From NCBI RefSeq assembly GCF_963921235.1, contig NC_086108.1:31932001-31996000 (forward strand): a stretch of 64,000 bases of DNA, read 5' to 3'. Positions 63,056 through 64,000 of this stretch are shown in pieces. Within the stretch, counting starts at the first letter, position 1. Each line of letters begins with the position of its first letter. The stretch comes from Mobula hypostoma (Eukaryota). The position numbers were made by a program, and so were the translations under genes. The notes below the pieces were generated by a model. That model was not told the origin of the DNA. It worked only from the letters and a program-made list of their open reading frames with translations, and did no database searches.

Positions 63056-63530
63056 CTTTTCCAATATTTTTATTAATTTATATATATAAGAATACAGAGT
63101 ACAGGAAAAATATGTCAATACATTAAACTAAATCGCATATAAAGACTCCTTACCCTATATTCGTACAAATCAATTAGTTCGTAACATTGAAAAATAATAA
63201 TTTTTTATATAAAAAAAGCTAACCCACTACCAAGACCGAAGATGATTAATAGAAAAAAAGAAAAAAGATTATTAGTCATCTGTGCTTTAACAGTAAATCA
63301 AAGGTTTTGAAAATAATTCAGAAAGGGTCCCCACAATGTTTGAAAGTCTTGATTAGATTCAAAGATTGAACATTGAATCTTCTCTAAATTTAAACATGAC
63401 ATCACATCACGTAACCATTGGGCGTGAATAGGAGGGGCCACATCTTTCCATTTAAGCAAAAGCGTTCTTCTGGCCATAAGAGACATATAAGCCAAAATGT
63501 GCACATCAGATGGCTCCATATACACTCTCA
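63056..63530 (-). mobile_element. L1/Tx1-clade LINE 3' end
   Basis: LMARRTLLLKWKDVAPPIHAQWLRDVMSCLNLEKI...LWGPFLNYF; AATAAA plus A-rich tail; same protein region as 15056-15777. Confidence 0.85.
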
Positions 63531-64000
63531 CATGATTCCCTTGGCTCAGGGACATGCAAAGGGTACCAGTGGGTACAGAGTGTCAATAGGTGAAGACTGT
63601 CAATGGCTAGAGATTATCAATGACCTCCTGAATACCGTGGAGTGAAGTAAATGGAAAATTAGCATTGATTTGCCTTCATGGCCTGGAATGACTTGTGGTA
63701 AGGACTTCTCTCTTGTGCAGCTCTCCAGCCATAGTTGTATGGCTGCAGCTCTGACTACAGGTAACAAACCTCTGCTATTGATACCCTAAAATCCTCACTT
63801 TCCAGACAGGCTACTCTATGGAGGTAATAGCACAGCTCCCAATACACATACTTATTTATTATGGATTAGAATTAAGCCACTTAACCCATTGGGTCTATGT
63901 CAGCTTCCAACAGAGAAATCTCACCAGTCCTATTCCGTTTTATTTTTCTATATTTTTCCTCACACGTGCCCACAAACAATCCTTCGATTCTTTTGCCACT

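Overview
Eukaryotic, most likely cartilaginous-fish (ray/skate/shark-type) non-coding DNA. The taxon is inferred from the repeat complement only. I can identify no intact host protein-coding gene, and nearly every ORF in the supplied track is a transposon fragment or an antisense shadow of one. Bases ~0.9-10.1 kb hold a decayed chromodomain-bearing Ty3/gypsy (sushi-like) LTR retrotransposon on the minus strand. It is broken by six younger insertions: a hAT MITE, a Rex1/Babar LINE, two Penelope-like pieces, a mariner MITE and a CR1 LINE. The rest is many CR1 LINEs, Rex1-type and L1/Tx1-type 3' ends, hAT (Buster/Charlie) elements with clean 8-bp TSDs, Tc1/mariner derivatives, tRNA-derived V-core-type SINEs and a probable solo LTR. 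The most interesting signal is RNA structure. The Penelope-like element (RT plus GIY-YIG, 13-bp TSD) carries a complete minimal type-I hammerhead ribozyme core at 7560-7595. Non-coding derivatives of that tail recur through the window, including a 181-bp element with its own 13-bp TSD that folds into a 52-bp hairpin capped by the ribozyme motif. An unexplained ~2.3-kb tract (14.5-17.6 kb) and a 366-bp candidate exon remain unassigned. Repeat boundaries without a stated TSD or TIR are approximate.
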